Below are positions 44,102 to 55,432 of a DNA stretch of 64,000 bases, in pieces. Made by a program: the position numbers and the translations under genes. The notes under the pieces are model-generated. The model had not been told where the DNA came from. It did no database searches and worked only from the letters and a program-made list of their open reading frames with translations. The stretch lies in NCBI GenBank assembly GCA_918797485.1, contig CAKKNE010000001.1, forward strand, positions 186,001 to 250,000. Reading direction: 5' to 3'. Position 1 is the stretch's first letter. Every line of letters begins with the position of its first letter. The stretch comes from Pelagomonas calceolata (Eukaryota).

Positions 44102-44827
44102 ATGGCTGATTCCGGTTCTGATTCCGATTCCAACTCCATTCCCGAAGAGCAGCAAGAGATCTGCGACGCTGTACGAGCTTTCGACGTCGAAGCTTTGCGC
44201 CGATGCCTCGCTGCTGGCGTCGACCCTAACCTAAGGGAACCACGGTCAAAATTCCCGCTGTTGTACTACGCGATACTTTGGGGTAGCGGGGTGCGTCCCG
44301 AAAGGACTATTCAGGCGCGACTCGCGTGCATTTCGATGCTGCTGGAGGCCGGCGCTTCAGTAGATTTAGGTCCCGAGGGTACCGATGGAAGAACGCCGTT
44401 GCATTACATTGCGAGCTATAAAACCCCATCATACCAAGCCGTCATCGCATTACTCATAAAATCGGGCGCCGATGTCAACACTACTTACTTTGGGGGCTCA
44501 GTGTTAGAAACTGCAGCAATGAGTGGTGTGGCCGCTACCGTCAAGAAGCTCATCACGGCGGGCGCAGTGGGTTTAGACCGAGCGCTGGTAAAAGCGATTG
44601 CGAAAGGCAACCAACGCACTTACGCTCCGCTCATGCGCGCCGGAGCAGCAATACCTCTATCTAGTAGCACCTTCTGTGAGAAAATCCGCATAGCAGGAGG
44701 CTTCAAAGCCTATGAAAACGCGCACCGCCAGCGACTCGTGGCGATCTTCGCGCCGAAATTCCCTCATCTCCCGGCCGACATGCTCGGGCGCGTCCTCGAG
44801 TTTGTATTCGACGTGGGGGGTCACTGA
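44102..44827 (+). CDS. Ankyrin-repeat protein
   Basis: LAAGVDPN, GRTPLHYIA, LLIKSGADVN. Confidence 0.85.
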   Translation: MADSGSDSDSNSIPEEQQEICDAVRAFDVEALRRCLAAGVDPNLREPRSKFPLLYYAILWGSGVRPERTIQARLACISMLLEAGASVDLGPEGTDGRTPLHYIASYKTPSYQAVIALLIKSGADVNTTYFGGSVLETAAMSGVAATVKKLITAGAVGLDRALVKAIAKGNQRTYAPLMRAGAAIPLSSSTFCEKIRIAGGFKAYENAHRQRLVAIFAPKFPHLPADMLGRVLEFVFDVGGH

Positions 44828-44848
44828 ATGTACTGTTAAACAATTACA

Positions 44849-46018
44849 CTAAGCTCGTCGATGCGCGATGCCGAGCTGAACACACCCCCTCACCGTGTCC
44901 GCGACCGTGTCCGCATGCGGCCGGAAGGTCAGTCCTAATTCATTTTTGGCCCGCGCGTTCGACAGCGTCGTGCGGGCCTCGAAGACGCGCCGCTCGTACT
45001 CCGTCATCACGCGCGGACCAAGTACAGGCACATGACTCAGCGCCTTCCCAATGGCAAATTTCCAGGGCGGCAGCAGCGGGTCCGCCGTGTACTCGTATTC
45101 GGGGCACGCCTCCGCGGCCACCTTTCCGAGCGACACGGGATTCACGCTCGCGCACGTCTCGTCGTTGCACAGGACGAACCGCCCCCCGTCCAACTCAGAT
45201 GCCCGCTCCACCGCAATACAGTGCGCCGCGGCGACGTCGCGCACGTCCACGAAATGCGCCGAATTCGGATTTAAGATAGGCTTCGGCAGCAATAGATTCC
45301 GCACGAACACCGGCGACGCCTTCGTGTGGGGCTTCGTCATCACGGGCCCGAGGACGATGCCGGGGTGCAGCGCGACGAAGTTTATGTTCTTGCAATGATC
45401 TCTCGCTCGGCGCTCGGCCCGCGTCTTGCCAAAACCATAAGCGTCTCCATTTTTGAGGGACGAGTAGTCGTTCCAGTCGCTTTCGTCGAAGGTTAACGAT
45501 GCCTTGTCGAGGGAAATGACCGCGGCGATGGACGAGGTCAACACGAAGGTCTTGCATGTACTAGGTAAGGACGACAATACATTTTCGACACCATCAACCG
45601 CGGCGCTCGCGATGGACGGGTCCCTCCCGATGACGACGGTGGCAGCCGCGTGGACGACGGCGTCGGCGCCGGCCAGTCCCGCCTCGAAGGAGCCCTTTAC
45701 TCCAAGGTCGCCGCCGTCGACCAGTGTTAATCGATCAGCACCGGGCAGCGCTTGTAAGTGTGCTGCTTTCTCTTTATTGGTATCGCAGCCGCGGACGAGC
45801 GCTCTGACCTCATGCCCGCGCTTTAGTAGCTCTTCGGTGATGTAGGAGCCGACGTAGCCGCTCGCGCCGGTGACGGCCACCGTCAGGTCGCGGCGGCTGG
45901 CCGCGGCGACGGCGCGTCTTGCGGCGCCTCGCAGCAGCACCTCGCCCGTCACTGCTACGGTCAAGTGGCGCCGGCTTGCAGCGACGGCGCGTCGCGATGC
46001 CACTCGCAGCAGCAGCAT
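44849..46018 (-). CDS. NAD-dependent epimerase/dehydratase (DFR/aldehyde reductase-like SDR)
   Basis: VAVTGASGYVG, VVHAAA, TSSIAAV, YGFGK, FVDVRDVAAAH. Confidence 0.9.
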   Translation of the reverse strand: MLLLRVASRRAVAASRRHLTVAVTGEVLLRGAARRAVAAASRRDLTVAVTGASGYVGSYITEELLKRGHEVRALVRGCDTNKEKAAHLQALPGADRLTLVDGGDLGVKGSFEAGLAGADAVVHAAATVVIGRDPSIASAAVDGVENVLSSLPSTCKTFVLTSSIAAVISLDKASLTFDESDWNDYSSLKNGDAYGFGKTRAERRARDHCKNINFVALHPGIVLGPVMTKPHTKASPVFVRNLLLPKPILNPNSAHFVDVRDVAAAHCIAVERASELDGGRFVLCNDETCASVNPVSLGKVAAEACPEYEYTADPLLPPWKFAIGKALSHVPVLGPRVMTEYERRVFEARTTLSNARAKNELGLTFRPHADTVADTVRGCVQLGIAHRRA

Positions 46019-46365
46019 GAGTGATGTATTGCGCCGTCGGTTCGCAGCCACGGCTGCTCACGTGGTTAGCGATTGCAAAAGTTGTCTCTCGCCGCAGCCT
46101 CGCTTGGTTTCTGGCACGACTTGATGCCTTTGTGCTGAATGCAGCAGTCATAAAGCCAAGCTGCAGAGAGCCATTTTGAGCCATTTTTTGCACGGCAGCG
46201 CTCGCCCCCGCTAGAGCGGCGCTCGCCATCAGCCTTGCGCATCGCTCGAGTACGTGCGACTGACGCCTTAAACGGCACGCCGCGCCCGCTCGCGTGCTCC
46301 AATTGACCTTGTGCAGCAGCACACGCGTAGCAACAAGCGCGCGGCACGCACCGCGCTCACTAAAA

Positions 46366-47694
46366 ATGCTCCGCCTGCTCGTCGCCGCCGCAGCGATCAT
46401 CGTAAACCATGCGGACGAGACCGTCACCCTGAAACGGGACGCGCCGCCGGCCGAGGACGAGCCCGAAGTGCAGGCGTCGATGAACTCGCTGGGCGGCGCC
46501 TTCATGCCTGCTGTGGGAGAGGACTACGAAAATGAAGCGGCGAAGGAGGCCGAGCGTGTTAGGCTGTCCCAAGCGGCCGAGCAGGCGGAAGCTCGCGCGC
46601 GGGCCGAGCACGCGCAGCGCTTGGAAGAAGCCCAGCGCCAATACGCGGCCCAGCAGCAGGCCGCCCAGACCGCGGCGTTGGAACGAGCCAAGGCCGAGGC
46701 GCTGGCGCAGGCGGAGGCGCAGGCGGCAGCGAAGGCCGAGGCCGACGCCGCGGCGGCGCAGGAGGACGCGTCGCCCGAGACGGCGACGCACACGCCGATG
46801 CACGCCGAGGCGGCGGAGCTCGCGCAGGCCTACGCCGCCGCGGCCGAAACGCTCAGCGGCATTAGTGGCGAGGAGGAGGAGGCTGCTGAAGAGGCCCCCG
46901 CGGCAGAGGAGGCCGCCGACGAGGCCTCGCCGGTGGAGCAGGCCGCGGCCGCCGAGGCGCTGCGGGCGGAGAACGCCGCGCGGCTCCGCGAGGCCGTCGC
47001 GCAGCAGCAGCGGCAGCTGCGCGAGGCCGAGCTCGCGCGCCGCGCCGAGCAGCAGGCGACGCTCGCCGAGGCGCAGCAACAGGCAGGAGTGACCACCGAC
47101 GCGTTGCGCGAGCACACGATGCCCATCAAGCAGGAGCCGCGGTCGCCGCTCGAAAGCGACCTCCGGCCCGCCGACGCGGCTCAGTTAAAGGACATTTATC
47201 AACGGGACCAGAAGTTGGCCGAGATGCGGTCGCGCGCGCAAGTCGATCCTTCGACAGAATTAAGACGGGCCCAGGCCTGGGCCGAATTGCCGGCGCGGGA
47301 GCGGCGGAGCTGCGCGGCTGAGGTTAGTAGGATCACCAAGAACTACAAGCGCGGCCACTACGCCGTGTTAGGCCTTCGCAGAAGCGCGTCCCAGATGGAG
47401 ATCCGACAACGCTACCGCCAGAAGGCGCTGCTCGTGCATCCCGAGAAGAATCCGTCGCCCGACGCGCGCCTGGCCTTCGAGCAGCTGCGGGAGGCGGGCG
47501 AGACGCTCGCCGACGACCGGTTGCGCGACGCCTATGACAGAAAACTGCAACGGCAGCAGGAAGAGAAACTTGATCATTTCAGGGGGGAGGTCTTGGCGTT
47601 TGCGGAGACGTCGGCGGAGTACCTCCAGGCGCGGCTGCGCGAGTTTCCCCGGGTCTTGTACGGGGCGGCGGCGGTGTCGTTCCTGCTGGTCTAA
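46366..47694 (+). CDS. Signal peptide + coiled coil + J-domain protein with C-terminal TM
   Basis: HYAVLGL..EIRQRYRQKALLVHPEKN..AFEQLREAGETLAD..RDAYD. Confidence 0.85.
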   Translation: MLRLLVAAAAIIVNHADETVTLKRDAPPAEDEPEVQASMNSLGGAFMPAVGEDYENEAAKEAERVRLSQAAEQAEARARAEHAQRLEEAQRQYAAQQQAAQTAALERAKAEALAQAEAQAAAKAEADAAAAQEDASPETATHTPMHAEAAELAQAYAAAAETLSGISGEEEEAAEEAPAAEEAADEASPVEQAAAAEALRAENAARLREAVAQQQRQLREAELARRAEQQATLAEAQQQAGVTTDALREHTMPIKQEPRSPLESDLRPADAAQLKDIYQRDQKLAEMRSRAQVDPSTELRRAQAWAELPARERRSCAAEVSRITKNYKRGHYAVLGLRRSASQMEIRQRYRQKALLVHPEKNPSPDARLAFEQLREAGETLADDRLRDAYDRKLQRQQEEKLDHFRGEVLAFAETSAEYLQARLREFPRVLYGAAAVSFLLV

Positions 47695-47776
47695 GTCTAT
47701 CTATATGGGTCTTCGCGTATCCAGGCTAGTAACTCTCAGCTAGATAGTGCCTCGGCGACGCAGACGCGACACGCTG

Positions 47777-50299
47777 ATGGACGCGAATCAAAGAAAACAA
47801 GGCCGAATAAATAACACCGCAGCTGCTATTTCGGCTGGCACCCTCGGTGACCCGAGCCAGGACCCTAATCTACCCTGGCAGCCCACTCGACCCTATGTAG
47901 ATGCTCATAATACTGACGCGGACGGCCAAAGGGATGCGCAAAACGAGGCATGGTTGGCCCGGGCGCGGCGAGAAGCCGACGACATCTACGACTATTCACA
48001 ACCAAGCAACCGACCGCCGCATCGGTGGACCGACGACGAGGAGGCCGCGCTCCTCGCCGTCCTGCGCGGCGGAGATTGCTTCAGCAGTCACGGAATAGAT
48101 TTTAAGCGCGTCGCCGCGCAGCTCAATTTCGACGTCGACTGGCAGCAGTGCTCGAATCGCTGGCAGAGTCATCTAAAAGACACGACCGACGGCAGCGACG
48201 CGCTCGCGGCGGGGCGCGCTGCGAGTGGGACCACTGCACCTACTGCCCCTTTTCAGTGGACGGCGGCGAAGGACGCCGCGGTCTTGGCGCTCGTGGGGAG
48301 CGGCGTCGGCGTGCAGCCTCTGAGAGCTGGTGGTGCGAGGGTAAGTCACAAGGCCGTCGCCGAGCGGCTCGACTTCGTGGTCACGGAGAGGCAGCTCACG
48401 GTTCGGTGGTGTGCATTAAAAAAAAAGAAGGAAGGCCGCGCGGCGCTCGTGGCGGGCCTCGAGGCGGCCAAGGCGGCTCCGGCGGCTCCGGGGCGGCGCC
48501 GGGTGGCCACGCCCGGCGTGCCGACGGCGTCAAGCGCCGTGCCGCTGCGCAAGGGTAACTGGGACGCGCCGGAGAGAAGATACGCGACGATGATCGCCGG
48601 GATGTTCGTCGAGGGGCGGCTCGAAAATTGTGCGGACGGCACGATGCTGTACGCGCTGCTCGCCGAACGGCTGTTTCGCAAAGAAGGTAGTGTCAAAAGC
48701 GGAAAGAAGAAGTTCACGAACGTCACAGGGATCAGCAGTCGCGCCTTCGTCCGCACTGGTGCTCTGACCGACGAGGAACGGGCCGAGCTGGGCCGTCTCG
48801 AGACGGCGTTCCGCGAGTCGTTCGACGCGGGGCAGCGCTGGGCGCTCGCGGTAGCCGACGCCGAACCGACGCCCGGCGCCGCCGCCGCCGCGACGGACGG
48901 CGCGCGCGCGGTGTGGCCGCGCGTCGGGGCGTGGAATCAGGAGGAGGACGCGCGCTTGGTGACGCTGGTCGCGGCGTTCGAGGCGGGCCGCGCGTCGTGC
49001 TCGCCCGGCGAGACGCTCGAGACGTTTCTCAGTAGGGAACTGGGGTGCTCGAGGTACCGAATAGCGCTCAAGTTCAAGGGCAACGGCGAGCACGGCACGG
49101 AGCTTGACGGTCGCACCTTCGCGCCCAACGAGGGCGACGCGCGCGACGCCGACGCCGCGGTCGCCATGGAGGAGGACGCGCCGACGCGGCCCGGCACGCC
49201 CGCGCCGCCGACCGCGCCGTCTCCAGTCCCTCACGGCAACGCGACCGACGCGACGACGCCGCCGGGCGACGACACGCCCATGGCCGAGGCGCCGGCGGCC
49301 GCGGCCGCGCCGGCGCCTGCCGCGGCCGCGCCGGCGCCTGCCGCGGCGCGTCGCGGACGCGACGCTGCGCCCCTCGCTATCGGACGGCTGCTCCCGCCGC
49401 CACCGCCCAAGCCACGGCGCGGGCCGCGGCAACCGAAGGTGTCAAACATGCACCGCGAGTTCGTGGAGGCCTTCAATTATGCGAACGAGGGCCTGGAGCT
49501 TTTGGACGTGGATCCCCTGTCGTGGCCGGCGTCGCCTGGCGCCTTCGTCGGCTTTAATAATGAGAGAGCGCTGGAGTCCGTGCTGCTCGGCGTGCAACAG
49601 GTCGTGGCGACGGTTCGAGGAGGCGTCGTGCGGCCGAACGACCCCGAGGTGCTGCGAGTGATGTACGCGAGGCTGCGCCGCGACCACGAGGGCCTGCTGC
49701 GCGCGGCGTTTAACGAGATGTTCGGGCGCGAATTGAGCGACGTGGACTACGAGGGCATCGCGGAGGTCCACGAGCTGATCGCGGTTAAGCAGGAGACCGC
49801 GTACTCGATCGGGGCGCTGGCGCTGGTGCACGGGGGGATCACCCCTCTTTTCGAGGCGTACCCCGAGACCTGGAGATCGTACTTTAGCGGCCGCGCGTGC
49901 ACGAAAGCGGTTGCTGATCACGTGGGCGGTTTGATCCCGAACGTCTCTGGGCGGGAGTTTGGGTCGCTCATGAACCATCGACGCGGTGACGGCGATGGCG
50001 ACGTCATCCAACGCGACGAAGACGCGCCTGCTGCGCCCTTCGCCGCCGCCAACGACGCCGACGACGCCTCCGCTGCCCACGACGACGACGCGCTCGTGGA
50101 CGACGACCCCGCGAGCCGGCGGGAACGGGTCGCGGAGTTGCGGGCCATCGCCACGCGTGAGTTCCAGCTCTGCGACGGCATTAACGCCCAGATCCGACAC
50201 CTACAAATAGAGATCCAACGCCTCGCTGGCGAGCACGACGCGCGCAAGGCGCGGGCGCAGCGCGCGGTGGACGACGCCGCCCGGCTCGAGAGTCGGTGA
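47777..50299 (+). CDS. Multi-Myb/SANT-like repeat protein
   Basis: RWTDDEEAALL..QCSNRW; QWTAAKDAAVL..RW; KGNWDAPERRYA; GAWNQEEDARL..LGCSRYRIALKF. Confidence 0.7.
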   Translation: MDANQRKQGRINNTAAAISAGTLGDPSQDPNLPWQPTRPYVDAHNTDADGQRDAQNEAWLARARREADDIYDYSQPSNRPPHRWTDDEEAALLAVLRGGDCFSSHGIDFKRVAAQLNFDVDWQQCSNRWQSHLKDTTDGSDALAAGRAASGTTAPTAPFQWTAAKDAAVLALVGSGVGVQPLRAGGARVSHKAVAERLDFVVTERQLTVRWCALKKKKEGRAALVAGLEAAKAAPAAPGRRRVATPGVPTASSAVPLRKGNWDAPERRYATMIAGMFVEGRLENCADGTMLYALLAERLFRKEGSVKSGKKKFTNVTGISSRAFVRTGALTDEERAELGRLETAFRESFDAGQRWALAVADAEPTPGAAAAATDGARAVWPRVGAWNQEEDARLVTLVAAFEAGRASCSPGETLETFLSRELGCSRYRIALKFKGNGEHGTELDGRTFAPNEGDARDADAAVAMEEDAPTRPGTPAPPTAPSPVPHGNATDATTPPGDDTPMAEAPAAAAAPAPAAAAPAPAAARRGRDAAPLAIGRLLPPPPPKPRRGPRQPKVSNMHREFVEAFNYANEGLELLDVDPLSWPASPGAFVGFNNERALESVLLGVQQVVATVRGGVVRPNDPEVLRVMYARLRRDHEGLLRAAFNEMFGRELSDVDYEGIAEVHELIAVKQETAYSIGALALVHGGITPLFEAYPETWRSYFSGRACTKAVADHVGGLIPNVSGREFGSLMNHRRGDGDGDVIQRDEDAPAAPFAAANDADDASAAHDDDALVDDDPASRRERVAELRAIATREFQLCDGINAQIRHLQIEIQRLAGEHDARKARAQRAVDDAARLESR

Positions 50300-50593
50300 G
50301 GTGGCGGTCGGCGCGCGGACGGCACGAGGCTACGGCGTACTGGCGGTCGTGGACAGCGAGTCCATGCGGTCCAACTAGTTATGCTTTAACTGTGCTTTTT
50401 CTGTATCCCGACAATTTGTTTTTCGGGCGTCGCTACCGAGTGTTCCGACGCGTATTCGCCTGCGCGGACGCGTGCGGGCTCGCCGTCCGGGCATCGCATC
50501 GATAGCCTTGGCATTGGCCTTATTTGTGCCTCGCTTTTTGCGCCTATCGTCGCATCGTCGGATCCGCGTAGTGCTCGTAACTATTTGCCCGCG

Positions 50594-52049
50594 ATGCCGA
50601 AGGCGAGCGGTGTGCCGACCTTGCGCGAACGCGCCGCCCAGACGTCTCCAATGACTCGCCGGAGCGGCGGCCAAAAAGCACAGCGACGCGACGAAGACCC
50701 CAACAATTCGGCACGCAAACAGAACGCGGCCGAGACGGGCGACGCCAACGCCTTCAAAGGCCGAAGGCTCGACCTCGACGGAGATGACCAGTCGTCGTCG
50801 ACGTCGCGGCGGGTGCCGACGGTCGCCGCCCCGACGGGTGAAAAAGCGGACACGTTGGCACTCGGCTGGCCGGCGCTGAGGGACAAAGTCCATGAATTCG
50901 ACGAACAAGTCGACGCCGCGGGCACGCGGTGGTATCGAGTCAGAGCGCGGAGCAGCCGTCACACTTGGTATGACCGCTACGGTAGAAACGCCCTCTTTCA
51001 GCCGAGCCAGGACGAGGCCGTGCGGCAGGCGCAGACAATCTACCTGACCAAATGCGCCGAGAGCGTCTTCGCCGATTGCCCCGTCGCGAAGGGTTTGCAC
51101 GGCGACGTGCAGGTTCGGTGGTTGCGCGTCAAACCTCCGCCGCGCGACACGGGACTCCGCTCGGCGCTTTTTGAGGGACCGGATGGCGCCGTCCGGCGGC
51201 TCAAGGACGGCGGGCTCGCGTCCGCGGCGACGAACCTCAGGACGTCGCCGGAGCAGCTTGAGCATTATTTGTCGAAGATGGGCGACGACAAAGGCCACGT
51301 GGCGGCCTTTGTAGAGTTTGTGGGACGGGAGTCGCCGGACAACGTCCGGGCCGCGCGTTGGGTCCGCGAATATGATCGAATGGAGATTATCCGGGCAAAA
51401 AGCGCCGCCAAGGCCAACATGCGTTTCGACGAATTGCGGGCGAAGCTGCGCGAGAAGGAGGCGGACGTCGCGAAGGCTCTCCTCGACGACGGCACGCGCA
51501 TCCTGCCGTACCGCCCGGAAAGTCAAGGCGAAATTTCGTGGCTCGGGCATCCGAACCACTTCGCGCGGGAAGTCCTCGCCGCGTGGCGCGCGTCCGACCT
51601 CGGCGCCGCCAACCGCGGCGCGCTCACGAACGCGCGCAAGTCCGAAATTCGGAGGGAGCTCGAGGAGACGGGGATGCTGGACAAATTCGTTCGTCTCAAA
51701 TTCCCGTCGCTCGTTCCGAGCTTCGACGCGGACCCTCAACTGCTACAATTATTTGTAGAGGCGGTCCACGTCGACCACATCGTAAGCAGCGGCTGCGACT
51801 TCGACGAGAACCTGTGGTCCGCGGCCCGCGTCTGCAATCGACGCCGATTCGACGGGGCGCGCTCGCGGCCAGCCTCCGACGCTTCATTTTCTTCCGCGCA
51901 GGCTCGAGATGGACAGGATCAACGAGTGGTTCGGCGAGAACCGCGCGATGCCGCTCAAGCGCGAGCGCGTCGGGGACCCCGTCTGGGCCCGCGCCGTCGC
52001 GGTTTTCAACCGCCTTGTTCGCAAGGAGGCCGGGGTCTTCCGCCTCTGA
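50594..52049 (+). CDS. Protein with C-terminal HNH-like motif; intron 51817-51901
   Basis: Splicing GTCCGC...CGCAG gives VHVDHIVSSGCDFDENLW|LEMDRINEWFG...FRL* (TGA 52047-52049). Confidence 0.6.
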
Positions 52050-52777
52050 ATTTTTTTTAGTAAGAATCTGTTTTCAACCAGTCTCCGTGCGACGTCGACT
52101 ACGTCCTCGCACACGTGCGGGTTAGCGCGGGGACGGGGCCCTTGGGTCTTGTATGTTCGAACGAGGCAAGGTGAAGGCCTGGGACGCTTCGTTAAAGCCG
52201 CGTTTTCTTGGAGGGCGCGGGCGTCTATTCCGACGAGGTGGTTTTGGAGCGGAAGCGACGGGACGTGGAGCTCAGGCGGGTAGGTCTTTAAATAGGCGGG
52301 TCCTAGGCCCGGACCCGGTGCCAGTGGTCCCTGTGCCGGCTCATAGGCGTCCCGGAACCGTCTCTTGTTCAACTTTACGAAAAGCTGAGATACTAGCTCT
52401 CAACGGAGCTGCAGAGAGGCAGGCGGTGGCCTACCTCCCAGCGGGCCGCTGGGCTAACCTCGAAGGCAGCGTACACGCGTACTGCAGCCTTGAGGCCCTA
52501 GCTACGAGGCTCAGCTTTCCTGCTGCAAATTGCGCTGCCAGCGCCGCCGCACAGCCATACTGAAGGCCAGCGCGCGAAAACAGCCAGCGCCCCCGCGCGA
52601 AGCACCTACGCGCCCCGAAGCGCCGAAACGCCCGTGGAGCTCCCCTCTCGCTCCACGTAAAACTAAACACGGGCCATAGTAACAAGCAGCGCCTCGCGCG
52701 CCCGCCGAACAACCGTGGAGCGCCTCGCGATCGACCACAGCGTCACGCCGCCGTCGATCGGCGGCTCGCCCGCCGAG

Positions 52778-53478
52778 ATGGACGGCAGCCCGACGTTTGA
52801 TGGAGGCTACAGCCCCGCGTCGCTCGACGGCGCCGCCGCGCTCATCAGCCCGGACGAGGCGCAGGAGATGGACTTTTGTCGGTCGCCGAGGGCGTCCTTT
52901 GGTTCTAGGCGGTCGTCCCAATCCCCTACGGTCCTAGATGACGAGGACGACGCGCCGCGCTGCGTCGTGTTGGACTTCGACGGGACGCTGTCGACGCCGA
53001 AGTACGTTGAAAGATTGCAGAACTGGGCCGTCTGCGACAAGGAGGTCTTGATTTCATCCTTGACGGACGAGGAGATTTGGGCGAACGGCGGCGGTGTCCA
53101 GCGCGTCGAGTTAATGAGACAGATGCTCGAGACGCTCCAACGCCAGGGCTGCGCTCTGTACATCGTGTCCCTGGGCTTCACGGGCGCGATCCGGCGCCAC
53201 CTGGACGTCTGGGGGCTGTCCTCCTACTTCCCCGAGTCGCGCGTCTTCGGCCAGGACTCGCCTTTACTAATTGAGCGGGACTACGTCAAGGCGGCCTTGA
53301 TCGAGAACCTCATGGCGCGGCGCGGCTGGGCCTTTGGCGATGTGCTGTTCGTCGACGACAGCCAAAAAAACATTTCCGAGTCGACCGCCCGCCGACGTGC
53401 GCCACCTACACCGTCGCCGAGAGCGGCCTCACGGAACGCGACATGGGCGCGGTCTGCGCGGCGCTGCGCGGCAGCTAG
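52778..53478 (+). CDS. HAD-superfamily hydrolase (probable frameshift ~53385)
   Basis: VVLDFDGTL, YIVSLG, KAALI, VLFVDDSQKNI. The alternative frame continues PTCATYTVAESGL...GS*. Start uncertain. Confidence 0.75.
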
Positions 53479-53777
53479 CTTTACTCCCGGAAGTCGCGCC
53501 TATGACGTCCGTTGTGGCCTACTGGGTAGGTTACGATGGACCGAGGAAACCCGCACCCGCAACTTCCCCCGCCACGACGAGGAGCACCGTCCTGGCGGCC
53601 CCAATTCGAACACTTAACCGGCGCCCAAGTCCCCGGCGCCCCGAACGCGCTCGCGAGAGCGTTATTCCGGTGTGTATGCCCTCCCCAATCAAGGCCGGCG
53701 CCGACGCGTCGCGAGCCTAACGTCAAACCAGTCTATCTAGAGCCTCGTCGATGGCGTCGAGGGGGACCCTGGTGTAT

Positions 53778-54110
53778 CTAGAGCCTCGTGTCGCGCGCGT
53801 CGTCGATGCGTAGAGGGCCCCGGCGGCGACTTAGGTTAACTCGCCGCGCCGGACCGGCCGCCGCGGACATCTCCGCGCTCGACCGCTCGACGGCCATGCC
53901 CACTCCAGTCCCCGCGCCGAAGAAGGTGATGGCCCACCGCGCCGTCCGGCCGCGGCTTAATACCAGCGACGCGGCCAGTCCTATCATCGCGCCAGCGCCC
54001 GAATTAAGGACGACCCGCTCCAGTAATGTATCCCAGCGCGCGCTCATGATGAGCTCGCTCGGGAGCGATTTCTTCGCGGGCGGCGCCTTTTTGGCGGCTT
54101 CGTCCGCCAT
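53778..54110 (-). CDS. MIC10: MICOS subunit Mic10 (DUF543)
   Basis: RWDTLL..GAGAMIGLAASLVL.R..R.W...FGAGTGVGMA glycine-zipper TMs. Confidence 0.8.
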   Translation of the reverse strand: MADEAAKKAPPAKKSLPSELIMSARWDTLLERVVLNSGAGAMIGLAASLVLSRGRTARWAITFFGAGTGVGMAVERSSAEMSAAAGPARRVNLSRRRGPLRIDDARDTRL

Positions 54111-54477
54111 GGTTTCGACCTATGCGTTGCGTCGCCGACGAGCTGTCGCGAGGTGTTGCGAAGACCGCGCGCTACGTCGACGGCGTCGGAAGTGTCGCTA
54201 TGTGATGCGAGGACCGCGCGCGCCCGGATCCTGGGTCTGGGTCCAAGGGCCACCACTCGTCAGCGAGCTGGGTTTAGAGGCCACCACTTGTCAGCGACGG
54301 GCTGCAGTGTGGATGAAGGTGTTCAAACGAGCAGCGATCGGCCCGTAGCACGTCCACGCCCGTCGTACAAAGTCTGGCAAGCCGGAGAGCTAGCGGCAGT
54401 GAGACACTAGCAAGCGGACTCTCCGTCGCAAATCGACTTGAGCGCAGGCCCAGGGCACTTAGCGCTCGTCAAAAACC

Positions 54478-55115
54478 ATGGCCAACCCGCCGAAGAAGTC
54501 CGCGAAGCGGCCAGAGCCGGAGCTGTCGCCCAAGATGTTCGTAGGCTGCAGCGCAGGCACAGCACCACTACCGCGCCGACGCCGCCCCCGCCGCAGGTCG
54601 TCCCGGCCCTACTGATGGTCGTCAAGTTCTTCAAGCTCGACTTTTCGCTGTATGTCCCGCAATTACGAGCTGGGTACGCGTGCGCCGTGGCTCTAACCGT
54701 ATTAACGACATTGATGTGCGGCCAGCTCGCCCAGAAGAAGCAGGAGCCCGGCGAGGTCACGGTCAAGGAGAAGAACTACCAGAATATCACGGTGGAGAAG
54801 AAATTTACCATAGCTGATTATGATCAAAGGGAGGCGGTGTCCAAAGTGCGGGCTTTATGTTTTCAAGTGGCGATGACGAGCTTCATGCACTACAAGTGGG
54901 GGTCGCCGATGCCCCTGTTGTTCCAGTGCGTCATGCTGCCCATGAATCTGGCTGATGAGCCCCTGGTGAAGATTCACGTGTTTGGCGCGCCGGCCGAAGG
55001 GAAATTGGCGCGGCCCTTCGCGAAGCCTCCCAATCCTCTCGCCGATGCTTTAGGAGTGAACCCCGATGCGGATGACGGCGCCGTCGCGCGGAAGCCTTCG
55101 AAGAAGGACGACTAG
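54478..55115 (+). CDS. Pho88/SND3 family ER membrane protein; intron 54541-54596
   Basis: TIADYD, FMHYKWG..PLLFQCV..P.VKIHVFG.PAEGKLARPF; GTAGGC...CGCAG joins the upstream ATG exon in frame. Confidence 0.85.
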
Positions 55116-55332
55116 GTCTTTTTGTCAGCGTCTTTTTGGTCATGACGCGCGCGGGGGACGACCCACCTGTCTGTTTATTCCTGAAACACGACGCAAAATT
55201 TAATCTTTGAGAGCCGACGCGCGTTTTTTGAAGGGAGGGTCGTGGCGATGCCTCTTCCGCCTCTTATGTATATCGCGCAGGTTATTTTTTATGAGGGAGT
55301 GGTAGGAGTAGTAAAACAACAACATAGTTATC

Positions 55333-55432
55333 CTCCACGCCATCGAGCCGACGCGGCCACGGGGACAACGTCGCGTCGATGGCGTGGAATCGCCACGCCA
55401 TCGAGCCGACGCAGCTACGGAAGCACGTCGCG
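55333..55432. repeat. Cluster of three CCACGCCATCGA palindromic units in alternating orientation
   Basis: ccacgccatcgagccgacgcg ... cgcgtcgatggcgtgg aatcg ccacgccatcgagccgacgc, abutting the ALKBH8-like stop codon. Confidence 0.85.

Noticed and set aside
51884..52372. Minus-strand 162-aa ORF
   Set aside because: Non-ATG start, no recognisable motif, and it overlaps the last exon of the HNH-like gene.
47726..52397. GCTAGTAACTCTCAGCT / AGCTGAGATACTAGC as terminal inverted repeats of a Myb+HNH element
   Set aside because: Short and gapped, no TSD, and a similar word occurs at ~10203 in an ordinary promoter.
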